A stretch of DNA of 35,463 nt, taken from Octopus bimaculoides. Lineage: Eukaryota. The notes below the pieces were generated by a model. The model saw nothing but the letters and a program-made list of their open reading frames with translations, was not told the DNA's origin and ran no database searches. Below, in pieces: positions 1 through 11,775 of this stretch (within the stretch, counting starts at the first letter, position 1; each line of letters starts with the position of its first letter). Both the position numbers and the translations under genes were made by a program. The stretch covers positions 26,426,233 to 26,461,695 of the forward strand of contig NC_068981.1 of assembly GCF_001194135.2 (NCBI RefSeq). The letters are read 5' to 3'.

Positions 1-88
1 GAAGAAGAAGAAGAAGAAGAAGAAGAAGAAGAAGAAGAAGAAGAAGAAGAAGAAGAAGAAGAAGAAGAAGAAGAAGAAGAAGAAGAAG
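1..88. repeat. (GAA)n microsatellite
   Basis: Perfect GAA array from the window start. Confidence 0.99.
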
Positions 89-776
89 CACTAACAACAA
101 ACAACATAAAATACAGAATAGACAACACAGCAGAAAATGATAAGTACAGAATCTGTGAAACCGTATGGCATTAACAGCCAATGTACGCCACTAGCCCACA
201 AGGAATATAAGAGACACCACGACAATATAGTCAGGCGTGTCCAGTGGACACTATGCAACAAGTATGGAATTGACAGAGCAAAAAATTGGTACGACCACAA
301 ACCTGAAGGCATCGTCGAAAATAGAAATGCAAAGATCCTATGGAATTTTATGATTCAGTGCGACAATGAGATAGAAAATAGGAAGCCAGACATAGTCTTG
401 ATTGAGAAAGAAAGCAAACAATACTGGATCATAGATATAGCATGCCCAGCTGACAACAAAGTATACGATAAGGAAGAAAGAAAAGTCGAGAGATATGACA
501 GGTTAGCTTGGGAATTTAAGCAGTTGTGGTCGATGAAAATGGTCGCAGCAGTACCAATAATTGTCGGAGCCCTGGGAACAGTGAGAAAATATCTCGAGAA
601 GTACGTGGAACAAATAGGGGCTGCAATAAGGGTGGAGCACTTGCAGAAAAGAGTACTGCCTGGAACTGCTCGAATACTCCGGAAGGTGCTCAAAAAATAA
701 GAGGTGTTACCTTAGTTCACTGGTAGTGAGCAGCTGACACTGTAGTACATCTCCAGCGTTAGAAGCTGTGCAAAGG
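86..776 (+). mobile_element. R4/Dong-like non-LTR retrotransposon, 5'-truncated 3' end (zinc knuckle plus restriction-like endonuclease), frameshifted
   Basis: Across frames: EALTTN..KYRIDNTAENDKYRICETVWH..SQCTPLAHKEYKRRHDN (decayed CCHC knuckle), then KILWNFMIQCDNEIENRKPDIVLIEK..WIIDIACP..VPIIVGALG (PD-(D/E)xK RLE). Stop at 700, ~75 bp 3' UTR, then (CAA)n(TAA)n. Confidence 0.9.
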
Positions 777-777
777 C

Positions 778-861
<84 letters not shown>
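777..861. repeat. (CAA)n(TAA)n compound microsatellite (tail or target of the R4-like element)
   Basis: Read directly; abuts the element 3' end. Confidence 0.97.
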
Positions 862-862
<1 letters not shown>

Positions 863-923
863 CAGAAATATTATTTTTTGTTATGGGAGCTTAGAGATAA
901 AATATCTCAATGATCAGACATTG

Positions 924-968
<45 letters not shown>

Positions 969-1289
969 CTCTGTCCCTCTCCTTTGTATAAATTAATATT
1001 ATAATATACACACACAGAGACACATGTGACTATATAACGTATCAAAAATAAACAGCAAATATAACAAAAATAAACAAAGTGATAACAGGGTGTTATTAGT
1101 TTGACGCTCAGTGAGAAGTAAAAAAAAATTGAAATTGAACTGTCTCTGACGTTTGTCTGTTCATTAAAAGGTTATGTCGACACAGGAGGCAGTGAGAAAT
1201 AAATGAGTGACGAATAGGTATGCATTGTTCTCTGTCGAGTATATACATATACACACCCATACCCACACTGATACGAACACCCGTAACTA

Positions 1290-1357
1290 TGTATGTATAT
1301 GTATAAATATACATATATATATGTATTTATTTATATATATATATATATCGGTGTATG

Positions 1358-1446
<89 letters not shown>

Positions 1447-1495
1447 ATGCATGTATGTATTATATGTATGCATATATATGTTTGTATGTATATGA
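1290..1495. repeat. (TA)n/(TG)n compound microsatellite
   Basis: Read directly. Confidence 0.95.
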
Positions 1496-2080
1496 AAACA
1501 GGAGTTTGCAAAGTGTTTTTCAGTATTTTTCAACTCTCATGCATACTTCACACAAATGTAAGAACCGTATACAATTTTGGAGTACTGGAATAAGAAGATG
1601 GAGTTCAAGAGAACACACCTTGGATTATAACATTATCTACATTTTATATATATACATATATATATGAAGAGACAGAGAGAGGAGGAGGCAGAGTGAGACA
1701 GAGAGAGGGAGATAAGATGATACTTCTCATGATCTTCAAGACTAGGAAATGTGGAGAGTCTTGGGGACGTACCATAATATAGACCTTCAAGACATCTTTA
1801 TCAAATATCATCTGAGTTGCAGTTCTTCACATTCGATTAACAATGCCAGCTGTCTAATTATTCTCGCTGTCTAAGAAAATGTTTACATAATTGCGTCTAC
1901 AGGCTGCATCTATTGTCTGACATCATGTGTTACTGAATACTGAACCTTATGTAACGGATGAAATAAAGGAGTACCACATTAAAGCCCATTTTATTTTTAC
2001 AATCATTATGTGCGTGAGTTTGTGTGTATGTGCGTGCCCCTGTGTGTGTGTGTGTGTGTGTGTGTGTTTGTGTTTTTGAA

Positions 2081-2444
2081 GAGACCCAATGGCCCAGTGG
2101 TTAGGGTAGCGGGCTCGCGGTTTCGATTCCCAGACCGGGCGTTGTGAGTGATTATTGAGCAAAAACACCTAAAGCTCCACGAGGCTCTGGCAGGGGGTGA
2201 TGGCGAACCCTGCTGTACTCTTTCACTACAACTTTCTCTCACTCTTCCTTCCTGTTTTTGTTGTACCTGTATTTCAAAGGGCCAGCCTTGTCACACTCTG
2301 TGTCACGCTGAATCTCCCCGAGAACTAAATTAAGGGCTTATGTGTCTGTGGAGTGCTCAACCGCTTGCACGTTACTTTCACGAGCAGGCTGTTCCGTTGA
2401 ACGGATCAACTGGAACCCTCGTCGCCGTAAACGACGGAGTGCCA
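2081..2444 (+). mobile_element. tRNA-derived SINE, family C
   Basis: A box TGGCCCAGTGGTTAGG and B box GGTTTCGATTCC at the 5' end, non-coding body, terminal hairpin cgtcg-ccgtaaa-cgacg. A related degraded head occurs at ~22240-22300. Confidence 0.75.
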
Positions 2445-3189
2445 CTCTCATATGTGTGTGTGCTTGTGTTAAAATACGTTCGAGTGCTCATCGACCTCAA
2501 GATTGAGACTTATAAGGTGCTACACAATTTCATTTTCGTTCTTGTTGCATTATGTGAGTTTAATAACAGGAATATATTCTATTTTATAGATATTTTGTTT
2601 AAGAAATTAACATGACAAGGGAATACGAAAATAGGTGAGGAACTTCATTAGCTATATTTTCGTTTATAATATTTTGAGAATAAAGAACACATGATTAAAG
2701 TTAATTTATGTCCGTCCTTATAGCTTTGTCTTCATAGAATTTTGTTTACTCATACACAATTCTTTCTCGATAAAAAAATGGTTATTTTTATAAGCACTTT
2801 GTTTTTAAATAATATACATCTGATTAATCAATGTTTCAAATAGTAATTGCTTTTCAAATTCTAGCATCGAAGAGAACGACAATGGTAATTCGACTTCAAA
2901 GGGAAGTGTGCAGGAGTCTATGAGCAAAGAAATATCGTGAAACAATAATCGAAGCGATGCTGTAAGCGTAAGTTTTATTGCTCTTAGATAGGGAATGATT
3001 GTGGTTATAATAAGCCCTATTCGAGTAAAGCTATGATCAAAGACATCCTAAATATGACCATCCCCTCTTTATCTTAGCAATTTGTTCCCAAGAATACATT
3101 TTCTAATATGATCGATATCAATACTATCACGTGTTATTTGAGAGAGATGTGGCCCCCATTTCTAGCTGGTCACGTAGAGGCTACTCATT

Positions 3190-3630
3190 TTATTTATGAT
3201 ATTGGTGTTAATGGAGATGTTAATGGCGCTGGCGGTGGTGCAGCTGGTGGTAGCTCTGCTGCTGCTCCTGTTGTGGCCACTACTGCTGCTTGTATTCCTG
3301 GGGGTAACGGTGATCTTATTAGTAATGAATGATGGGGATACTAATGATGGATGAATTGATGGTAGTAATAGTATTAGTGATGGTAGTAATGATGGTGGCG
3401 ATGGTGGTGATGACGTTCTTAGTTCTTAGTAGGACTGATTATCGCATCAATACTTGTGATTTCGTCGATAATTCTCAACACTGTAAATGTTTTGATGATA
3501 AAACCAACACCAACACCAACGCCAGTAATTATGAGAATAGTCGTTTATTAGTGATCATATCTCTGTCTATGACGATAACCATTCCAATGACGATGGTCGT
3601 TATGATTGTGCTGATGGTAATGATAGTGTG
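3190..3630. repeat. Degenerate trinucleotide low-complexity tract (GAT/GGT/GCT)
   Basis: Period-3 low-complexity sequence giving Gly/Ala/Val/Met-rich pseudo-ORFs. Confidence 0.8.
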
Positions 3631-3910
3631 TGTTACTATTATTATCCCAGATCAGCCAAGATCGAGCAGTTCCATGATTAGCGGTTTCTGACCATGACCA
3701 AACGGTCCTTTTCTCTAATAGTGAGTACTGAGGACTACTGCACAATACATACATAAATCTACATTGATATAAGCGTATATACACACATACGTACGTACAC
3801 ATACGTACGTACACACACATACATGCGCACACACATACACATACACACACACATATACATATTTAATATATATGCACACACACTCGTACACATATATACA
3901 CATAAAGACA

Positions 3911-4138
3911 GAAACGTTAGCAGAAACGTTAGCACGCCGGGCGAAATGCTTAGCGGTATTTCGTCTGCCGCTACGTTCTGAGTTCAAATTCCGCCGAGGT
4001 CGACTTTGCCTTTCATCCTTTCGGGGTCGATTAAATAAGTACCAGTTACGCACTGGGGTCGATATAATCGACTTAATCCGTTTGTCAATCTGTGTTTGTC
4101 CCCTCTGTGTGTAGCCCCTTGTGGGTAGTAAAGAAATA
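3911..4138 (+). mobile_element. tRNA-derived SINE, family B1 (young, 5'-truncated, 13 bp TSD)
   Basis: B box GAGTTCAAATTCC, central ggtcgactttgcctttcatcctttcggggtcga domain, TSD acacataaagaca at 3898-3910 and 4139-4151. About 158 bp read as identical to the copy at 8298. Confidence 0.92.
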
Positions 4139-4350
4139 ACACATAAAGACATACACAAAACACACGTACAACCGATCTTACTCTGACAACATCATGTGAT
4201 CTACCATGACCATTAGCAGCGTATTTTCTGGTAACCATTTTGGACTTACTGTGTTTCTCCATTCGGTAAGCCAGGTTTGAACGGGACGGGTTCCGGTTAG
4301 ATGCCCGCGAAACTTTAAACCGATTGGAACCGAATCAAACTGTAGATTTC

Positions 4351-5312
4351 CAATTGTGTTGTTACAATAAAAGGCATGTTTACATTTTCGAATATTCAGA
4401 GAAAAAGGAACGGAAAAAAAGGGAATGTAAATTTATTTTACAGAAAATTGTAGATATGAAGATTTAAAAATTTACTGGAGATGATCTTTTGTCTATCCGA
4501 ACAGGGAAAACTCTAGTGTTCTTGGAATAAAGAGGATCTTTACACTTTCGAAAACCCAGGGGGAAAGGAAGAATGATAGTTATTCACAGGGGGTGTAGAT
4601 ATTAAAGGTTTTAAAGCTGATTGCTTATGTGTTCGAAAGCTGTAGTTATGTAAGTTCCTTAAATTATTTTGAGGGAAATTCAAAATACTCATAGGAAACT
4701 GTAGATATTCTAGTCTTTTTGAATTAGTGTTTCTGAGTCTTCAGCTGCTAAGAAAAGAAAAATTCCAAAAAGAAAAAGAAAAAGAATTTCAGAAATTCAA
4801 AAATCCAACAATGTGAACATCTCTTCCTCCTACTATTCCCAAAGACTGGAATAGCTACAAATTCCTGTCAATATTTTAAATCTCCCACAAAATAAAATAA
4901 GGTGGGGAACTTACATACCTACAACTTTCGAACATACAAACGATCAGCTTTAAAAAAAAATTACTATCTACAACTACTGTGGAAATGCCTGTCCTTTCGT
5001 TTCTCCCTGGGTGTTCGAAAATGTAAACAGCATCCTCCTTTTTATTCTCAGAACACTACCATTTCTCTGTGTGCGATCATACAAAAGACCATATTTAGTA
5101 AATCTTAAAACTTTACTACCTGCAACTTGTTTTCTTTTCTTTTTGACTCTTCCTCAGTATTCGAAAATGTAAACATCCTTTTCATTGGAAAATTCCTACT
5201 ATATTTTCCAACTGGACAGACAGACGAAAATTCCAAGAAAACTTGAAAACTTAAAAACTTTTATATATTACCCAAATACGTAAACACACCTTTTATTGCA
5301 ACAACACAATTG
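4351..5312. mobile_element. Foldback/MITE-like element with 33 bp TIRs and ~360 bp imperfect inverted arms
   Basis: caattgtgttgttacaataaaaggcatgtttac (4351-4383) is inverted at 5280-5312 with 3 mismatches. Arms 4376-4730 and 4825-5180 are colinear reverse complements built from tgtttacattttcgaa subrepeats. Confidence 0.75.
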
Positions 5313-5357
5313 AATTCAGAAATTCAAAAATTCAAAAATTCAGTGACGTGAATATCA

Positions 5358-5394
<37 letters not shown>

Positions 5395-5730
5395 TGNNNN
5401 NNNNNNNNNNNNNNNNNNNNNNNNNNNNNNNNNNNNNNNNNNNNNNNNNNNNNNNNNNNNNNNNNNNNNNNNNNNNNNNNNNNNNNNNNNNNNNNNNNNN
5501 NNNNNNNNNNNNNNNNNNNNNNNNNNNNNNNNNNNNNNNNNNNNNNNNNNNNNNNNNNNNNNNNNNNNNNNNNNNNNNNNNNNNNNNNNNNNNNNNNNNN
5601 NNNNNNNNNNNNNNNNNNNNNNNNNNNNNNNNNNNNNNNNNNNNNNNNNNNNNNNNNNNNNNNNNNCTTATGTATGTAATTATGTATACACATACATACA
5701 TAATATATATATGTATGTATTTATAGAATA

Positions 5731-5780
5731 AAATATAAGGATAAAATCTATACAAGAATATATCAAATAGCCAGCGTGAA
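5731..5780 (+). repeat. Family E terminal module
   Basis: aaatataaggataaaatctatacaa...tagccagcgtg matches 27349-27398. Confidence 0.75.
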
Positions 5781-6162
5781 AAAAAACAGTTTAAAATAAA
5801 ATAATACAAATTATATAATTTTCCCTTTAAATATAAATACATCAATTGTTTATATTTATTGGACTAGTTTTAACTTCAGAGTCCCTTTAGAGCGTGAGGC
5901 ATTTACCTATTGTAATAGCCCTTAATTTAATTAATATATATATTTATATATGCATATAAACAAACCGCAGTTATATATTGGATGAAGAGCTAAAAAATCT
6001 CTGCAGCGAATAAAACATAATGTGGTTGCTATATTTGTGCTCATACAAATATTTTGGTTACTCTACTGGACTCTAGATAATATACAACACATGTGATTCA
6101 TGCATGAAAAGGTATATTGCTCCTCATTATCTATGTCAATCATTGAAGTAGAATCTTAACAT

Positions 6163-6328
6163 AGGCGCAGAAGTGGCTGTATGTTAAGTAACTTGCTTAG
6201 CAACCATATGGTTCCGGGTTCATTCCCACTGCGTGATACTTTGGGCAAGTGTCTTCTACTATAGCTTCGGGTCGACCAAAGCCTTGTGAGTGGATTTGGT
6301 TGACGGAAACTGAAAGAAGCCCGTCGTA

Positions 6329-6385
<57 letters not shown>

Positions 6386-6610
6386 CTGTGCATACGTTTG
6401 TGTGTCTGTGTTTGTCCCCCCAATATCGCTTGACAACCGATGGTGGTGTGTTTACGTCCCCGTAACTTACCGATTCGGCAAAAGAGACCGATAGAATAAG
6501 TACTAGGCTTCCAAAGAATAAGTCCTGGGGTCGATTTGCTCGACTAAAGGCGGTGCGCTCCAGCATGGCCGCAGTCAAATGACTGAAACAAGTAAAAGAG
6601 TAAAAGAGTA
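6163..6610 (+). mobile_element. tRNA-derived CORE-like SINE with internal microsatellite, family A
   Basis: A box tggctgtatgttaag, B box gggttcattccc, CORE-like ttgggcaagtg, internal (TA)n/(TG)n, tail gactgaaacaagtaaaagagtaaaagag. Three further copies are in the window. Confidence 0.88.
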
Positions 6611-6809
6611 TAGACGCAGTCCACCTTCCGTTAGTAATGCTTGATACCAGACAACAATCATTCCTGTAAAAATTGGTACGCTTGGCAAAACACCCAAAAT
6701 TATATCTAGCAATTTGAATTGGAACCTGCATTGTCAACTTGCAAAAAATGTACCATCCTATATTCTAACAAAGATCCTTGACATTTGAAGTGATTTACCT
6801 GCTAGATAT

Positions 6810-7796
6810 ATTAGCATGCACTGGAAGACAGCATCACTTCGGTATGGTGTGGGAATTATAAAATAGTAAAAGAGAGAAATGAAGAAAATGGTTACCAAGA
6901 CCCGAAAGATGTACACGGAGACTTCGACCCGAAAAGTGACACAGATAGGCTGTACATGTCTAGAACGAAGGGTGTGGAAAATTTGATCAGCTGCCAGAAC
7001 TATGTCGAAGTAGATGAAAACAGCTTAGGATAGTATATATAAAATGCCGTGGAGCTACTGTTGAAACACACGAAGGCCGGCATCATCAACACTGGTAAGT
7101 GTGTAACTAAAAAAAAATTAATAAGAAGTAAACAAATAAAAAACAAAAAAACATGGAAGGAAAAGAAAATGTTCGGTCAGATTGCAAGAGATGTAAACGC
7201 CAAAACAGATAGAGAGGACCGGTGGCTATGGATGAGGAGGAATGACATGAAGATAGAGACAGAAGCACTCGCATGTGCAGCTCAGGAACCAGCGTTAAGG
7301 ACAAATACCCTAGCGAGAAATGCAGAGTGTGGAGAGAGGGGTGAAACGGTACGTTACATCATTAGCGAATGCCCGAAATTGGCACAACGCAAATACAAAA
7401 GACGCCAGGACAATGTGGCAAGAATGATCCATTGGGAGCTCTGGGGAAACCACCGCCTACAAAGAACAAAGACGTGGCATGAGCAGACACAAGAAGGAGT
7501 CAACGAAAATGAGAATTGCAAAATCCTTTTGGATGCAATGATCCAGTGCGATCACCCGATCTCACATCAGAAACTGGACACTGTTGCGGTGAATAAAAAA
7601 GAAAGAACATGAATGATAATTGACATAGCATGCCCCAGTGACAACAGGATGAATGTGAAAGAAGGAGAAAATATAAACAACTGACGATTTGAAGTGGGAA
7701 ATATGAAGGTTGTGGTCAATGAGGAGAGTAGACGTGTTTTGACTTGACAGATGACTAAACACTCCGGCGCATCTTCACTTACACTGTGTTACGAAG

Positions 7797-7797
<1 letters not shown>
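6810..7797 (+). mobile_element. R4/Dong-like non-LTR retrotransposon, decayed 3' part (post-RT region, knuckle, RLE)
   Basis: SLRYGVGIIK..KTRKM..HGDFDPKSDTDRLYMSR..CAAQEPALRTN..GETVRYIISECPKLAQRKYKRRQDN..MIIDIACPSD, with stops, frameshifts and a C-terminal deletion. Ends gaagg followed by (AAT)n. Confidence 0.88.
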
Positions 7798-7839
<42 letters not shown>

Positions 7840-7860
7840 GATGATGATGATAATAATAAC
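7798..7860. repeat. (AAT)n/(GAT)n microsatellite between the R4-like element and family D
   Basis: Read directly. Confidence 0.95.
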
Positions 7861-8662
7861 TGCCCTCATGCAGTACCAGAAGTGGCTCTCATTGCTTCTG
7901 ATCTTAAGTGACTGGAAGTGTTATCATGTACATTGTTTTGTCTTCGTATAAAAGGTGGGCTACAGTAAATATTCTGCCCAATACCACAGATTTGCTTCTC
8001 ATTTGAATGACGTTAACCATTTGAGCATGTCACTTGCTGGCTGACGATATGTGCATCTATGACTACGAGCAAAAGTATTGGGGAAGCATCATAGCCATGA
8101 GCTGAGAGGAATTCTTTGGGGTTTGAATAATTCACCTCTGGAAACATGTTTTCTTCATCATCCTTAAACAACCCTTATTCAAGAACCTTTTGAGAGGGGT
8201 GGGCTACTCAACCTGAGCAAAATTCTAACTGGGCCCCACCTGCAAAGTCATGCGCTGTTTATCTTGATATGAGATCACTATGGCATACGCATACATAAGG
8301 CGGCGAGCTGGCAGAAACGTTAGCACGCCGGGCGAAATGCTTAGCGGTATTTCGTCTGCCGCTACGTTCTGAGTTCAAATTCCGCCGAGGTCGACTTTGC
8401 CTTTCATCCTTTCGGGGTCGATTAAATAAGTACCAGTTACGCACTGGGGTCGATATAATCGACTTAATCCATTTCTCTGTCCTTGTTTGTCCCTTCTGTG
8501 TGTGTGTAGCCCCTTGTGGGTAGTAAAGAAATAACACAAACGGTTGTGATACATGTTCGTGGCTTACCCTTATCAGAAGCGTAATTATGATGGGTATACT
8601 GAGCTTCGAATATTTTTTTACCCCAGTGTCACTTTGATGGCATGCACTGCTCTCTTACTTAA
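7858..8662. mobile_element. Family D non-coding interspersed repeat, interrupted by a B1 SINE
   Basis: 7858-8296 plus 8534-8662 is the reverse complement of 16230-16745. No ORF; (AAT)n on the left and ataataata on the right. Confidence 0.85.
8298..8533 (+). mobile_element. tRNA-derived SINE, family B1, full length
   Basis: Head ggcggcgagctggcagaaacgttagc with A and B boxes, tail gccccttgtgggtagtaaagaaata. Nested in family D. Confidence 0.92.
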
Positions 8663-8914
8663 CCATAATAATAACCACGAACCTTGATATCAAGTGAAAA
8701 TGTCCAATACAAATGTACGGTATAATAATGCGGATGGGGTTGGAACCAACGTTGAAGGTCTTCTGCCCGGCAAGTACCCGGTCGTCTTCTAGAGACTGCT
8801 TACACTCAAAGCTAGAGGCAGAATAAAAGGTAAGACGAGGAGGCAAATCGAAATGTAACTGGGTGCTGGAAAAAATATTTGTCACCTTGGCTCGGCCTGA
8901 ATCATTAGGAAAGT

Positions 8915-9100
8915 TTTGTCACAAGGCCAGCGATTTCGTGGGGTGGGATGAAATCGATTACATTGACCCAGTGCTCAACTGGTACTTATCTTATCGACCC
9001 CGAATAGATTAAAGCCATATTCTACCTAGGCGGTATTTGAACTAAAATGGTAAAGACGAACCAAATGCCGTCAAGTATTTCGACCGTCGTACTAACATAT
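8915..9100 (-). mobile_element. SINE family B2, diverged
   Basis: Reverse complement contains ggggtcgataagataagtaccagttgagcactgggtcaatgtaatcga and the ggccttgtg tail. Confidence 0.7.
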
Positions 9101-11775
9101 TTGGCGTACCAAAGCAATCTCTTCCCGAATGTATTGCTTAACTCGAAATCACCTAACGGAAAAGTAACCCCCAACGATTTCCATGTGCGTTGACATTTAC
9201 GTACATTGATTTGCTTGTAATATATAAACTGATGAAAAATGTTTCACGTCACGGGATTCCATGTTACAGTAAAGTGTACAGTAACGCCAGTCTTCTCTTA
9301 AGCGTAATACCTTCAATAATATTGTAAGGCTGAATATGTATATATATTTTTTTTAGAAGTATGACAGTCAGAATCATTTATTGACGATTTCCGTATCTTC
9401 GCAAATTTTCGACAAATTGCTATGTCAAATACATAGCTTTTCTCTGAAATAAAACTTGTGTAATTCAATTTACATTTTTATATAGCTATAAACTGATCTT
9501 TTTTACGACTGAACGGAGGGGTTATTAGAAAATATGAATGATTTATTTTACTGCAGACGAATTTGATATTACAAAATCGGTCGTTTTGACACCAGTATAA
9601 GAAGAATACTGTCTCAACAGGCTATAAAAATAAATCTGGCAACAGAAAATTATATATAATTTTTTTGGTTAATGGTAATGTGATATTTGACGATGCAATG
9701 ATATCTATTAAGATAAACGCAGAAAAATAAGTGAATTATATGACTGTATTCTCGATATCACATAATTATTATACTTGTTCTCGGGCCAAAAATGAATAGC
9801 GTTTAGTAGAATGACTATTTTAGCAGATTAACAGTCGAATTAGATTGTACCAAAATGAATTGGACCACCTAGTTACGTGAGATCCCTATAGGCTATAAAT
9901 TTAAGCATTAACAACACATTGAAACTAACGAACATTTTGTTAGCTTGGGCTAACGTAAATGACATTTTCGTTTCTTATAGTGCCCGTATAACCGTTCAGT
10001 TATGGAACTCATTCATGGATTGAGGGGCTAATGAGTGTTAATGTTCTAATCCATCGTGTAAGGCCGAAACAAATAGAACTATGCACAAATTAAAAGCCAT
10101 ATGGGACTACGAGAAAGTTGTTATCTTCCTTCTGTCAAACGATAGATATATTGGTATAAAATTGAATTTAATCGTGATGTATTTATTTTTAATTATGAAT
10201 GGCCTGATAGACATCAAACAAGACACATGTACAGATATTTGGCTACAGAATAAATTTAATTTCGAGAATAAATTTCATTTCTGGACATATAAAAGGAAGG
10301 ATAAATTAATGATCTGTGAAACAAGAAGAGTAATTTCTACCCAGACTTAACTAATTTGTCTGTCTCATTTTCTTATGCCCTAGCCTCACTTCTGATAATT
10401 TACTTACAGTTCTTAATAGTGTCAACTACAGTTAGTTCTGAAATAGCTTTCTGAAAAGATCAATCACATTCGATCACCAAAGGACCTAACGCTTCAGTGA
10501 AAATCTTGAAAGGTACTTTAAATTACATCAGTGTATTGAAGATGATATAGAATTCACTGCTCTAAATAGAGGTTAATGACAATATTTTAATAATAAAAGA
10601 AATAGTTGCGAGCGCTGTAATGTTAGAGAAGTTTCCAATGAGCCGAATTAGAGATACGGTTCCGATTACTGGTTGTCAGCCATTTCATTTTACCTGCATC
10701 ACTGATTCTGTTTACCTTAAAATGTATAGGCTTATACCAATTTACGAAATTTACAAGAATATAAGTGTGGATGGATATTGTAGAAAGAGGTTAATAGATT
10801 CATGACTGTACTACTCTGTTACTAATCTAATTTTAATAAAAGTAGTAACAGTTTAATATATGTTATTGCATAGCGCCGATTCAGGACGGAAGTAGCAGAT
10901 CCAACGAATGGTTGTCCAGCTACAGACTCAACGATCCAATATACAATGCTTTTGTCTGTTTGAGAATTACGTTATACATCCCAACAGGCAAGACCGTAAT
11001 ATTTTGGGACACAGTGTGACATCTTGCATATTGGATTTTCGATTCTTTATATTATTTAACGTATAACTGCTAACTGTGAAGGTAGACACACCGGAAACTG
11101 TTAAGGATGTCTTCATCGGAATATTACTATTGATGTTCTTTTGAACTTATACTGGTCACGATGAACATCTCAGCAGGATTCACCAGACGTCTACATTTAT
11201 CGATGCCACTTCCGCTTTAGTATATATTTCGTGCTCATAGCATTTATCAGCACTGAACTGTATGGCAAGCGTTTTTACTATAACCCTGTATTAGTGTCAT
11301 AGGGCGTCATAGTCGTTTTTGTGTGTTAATGATTGAATATAATGGTAATGACTGTATATGTTGGATATTGCTGCGATAACAAAACGTTTTCAATGTATGT
11401 GCATGCGTATGGTGTTTCAGTATGGATAGTTTATAGAGGTGCTCTATGGTTGAGGTCAATTAGCAAATATTAATGATCCCAAGTGAGCTGTTCTGTGTTA
11501 TTTATACTACATTATGTATTATGTCTATACACAAATATTAATACACACTGGAAGTAGTGTGTTGTTTGTACTCCTCGTATACATATATTTGTAGTATGTA
11601 TGTATGTATGTATGTATGTGTGTATGTATATATATAATATATATCTATATACATATATATGGTTGTATAATGTATATATATATGCGTGTATATATGTATT
11701 GATAATAATAATAATATGACAACAAAAGAGTGAATGAGACCTCGATGTCATGTAAATAGAGGAATTTATCTATAA

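Noticed and set aside
1085-1170. Possible antisense hammerhead (gacgttt..ttcatt)
   Set aside because: Both core motifs are mutated; at most a decayed relative of family F.
2081-2140. SINE heads as genuine tRNA genes
   Set aside because: A and B boxes are present but there is no complete cloverleaf, and they continue into repeat bodies.
3108-3691. Gly/Ala-rich and Met/Val-rich ORFs as host exons
   Set aside because: They are translations of degenerate trinucleotide repeats, with no domain signature or clear splice context.
3715-4262. ORFs overlapping SINE B1 (and 6156-6737 over family A)
   Set aside because: They are chance open frames across non-coding SINEs; the same peptide recurs only because the SINE recurs.
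6161-6620. Apparent TSD atag(g/a)cgcag around the family A copy
   Set aside because: The left copy overlaps what appears to be the SINE's own 5' end, so it cannot be called a target duplication.
9229-9250. CTGATGA motif
   Set aside because: No helix II or GAAA follows.
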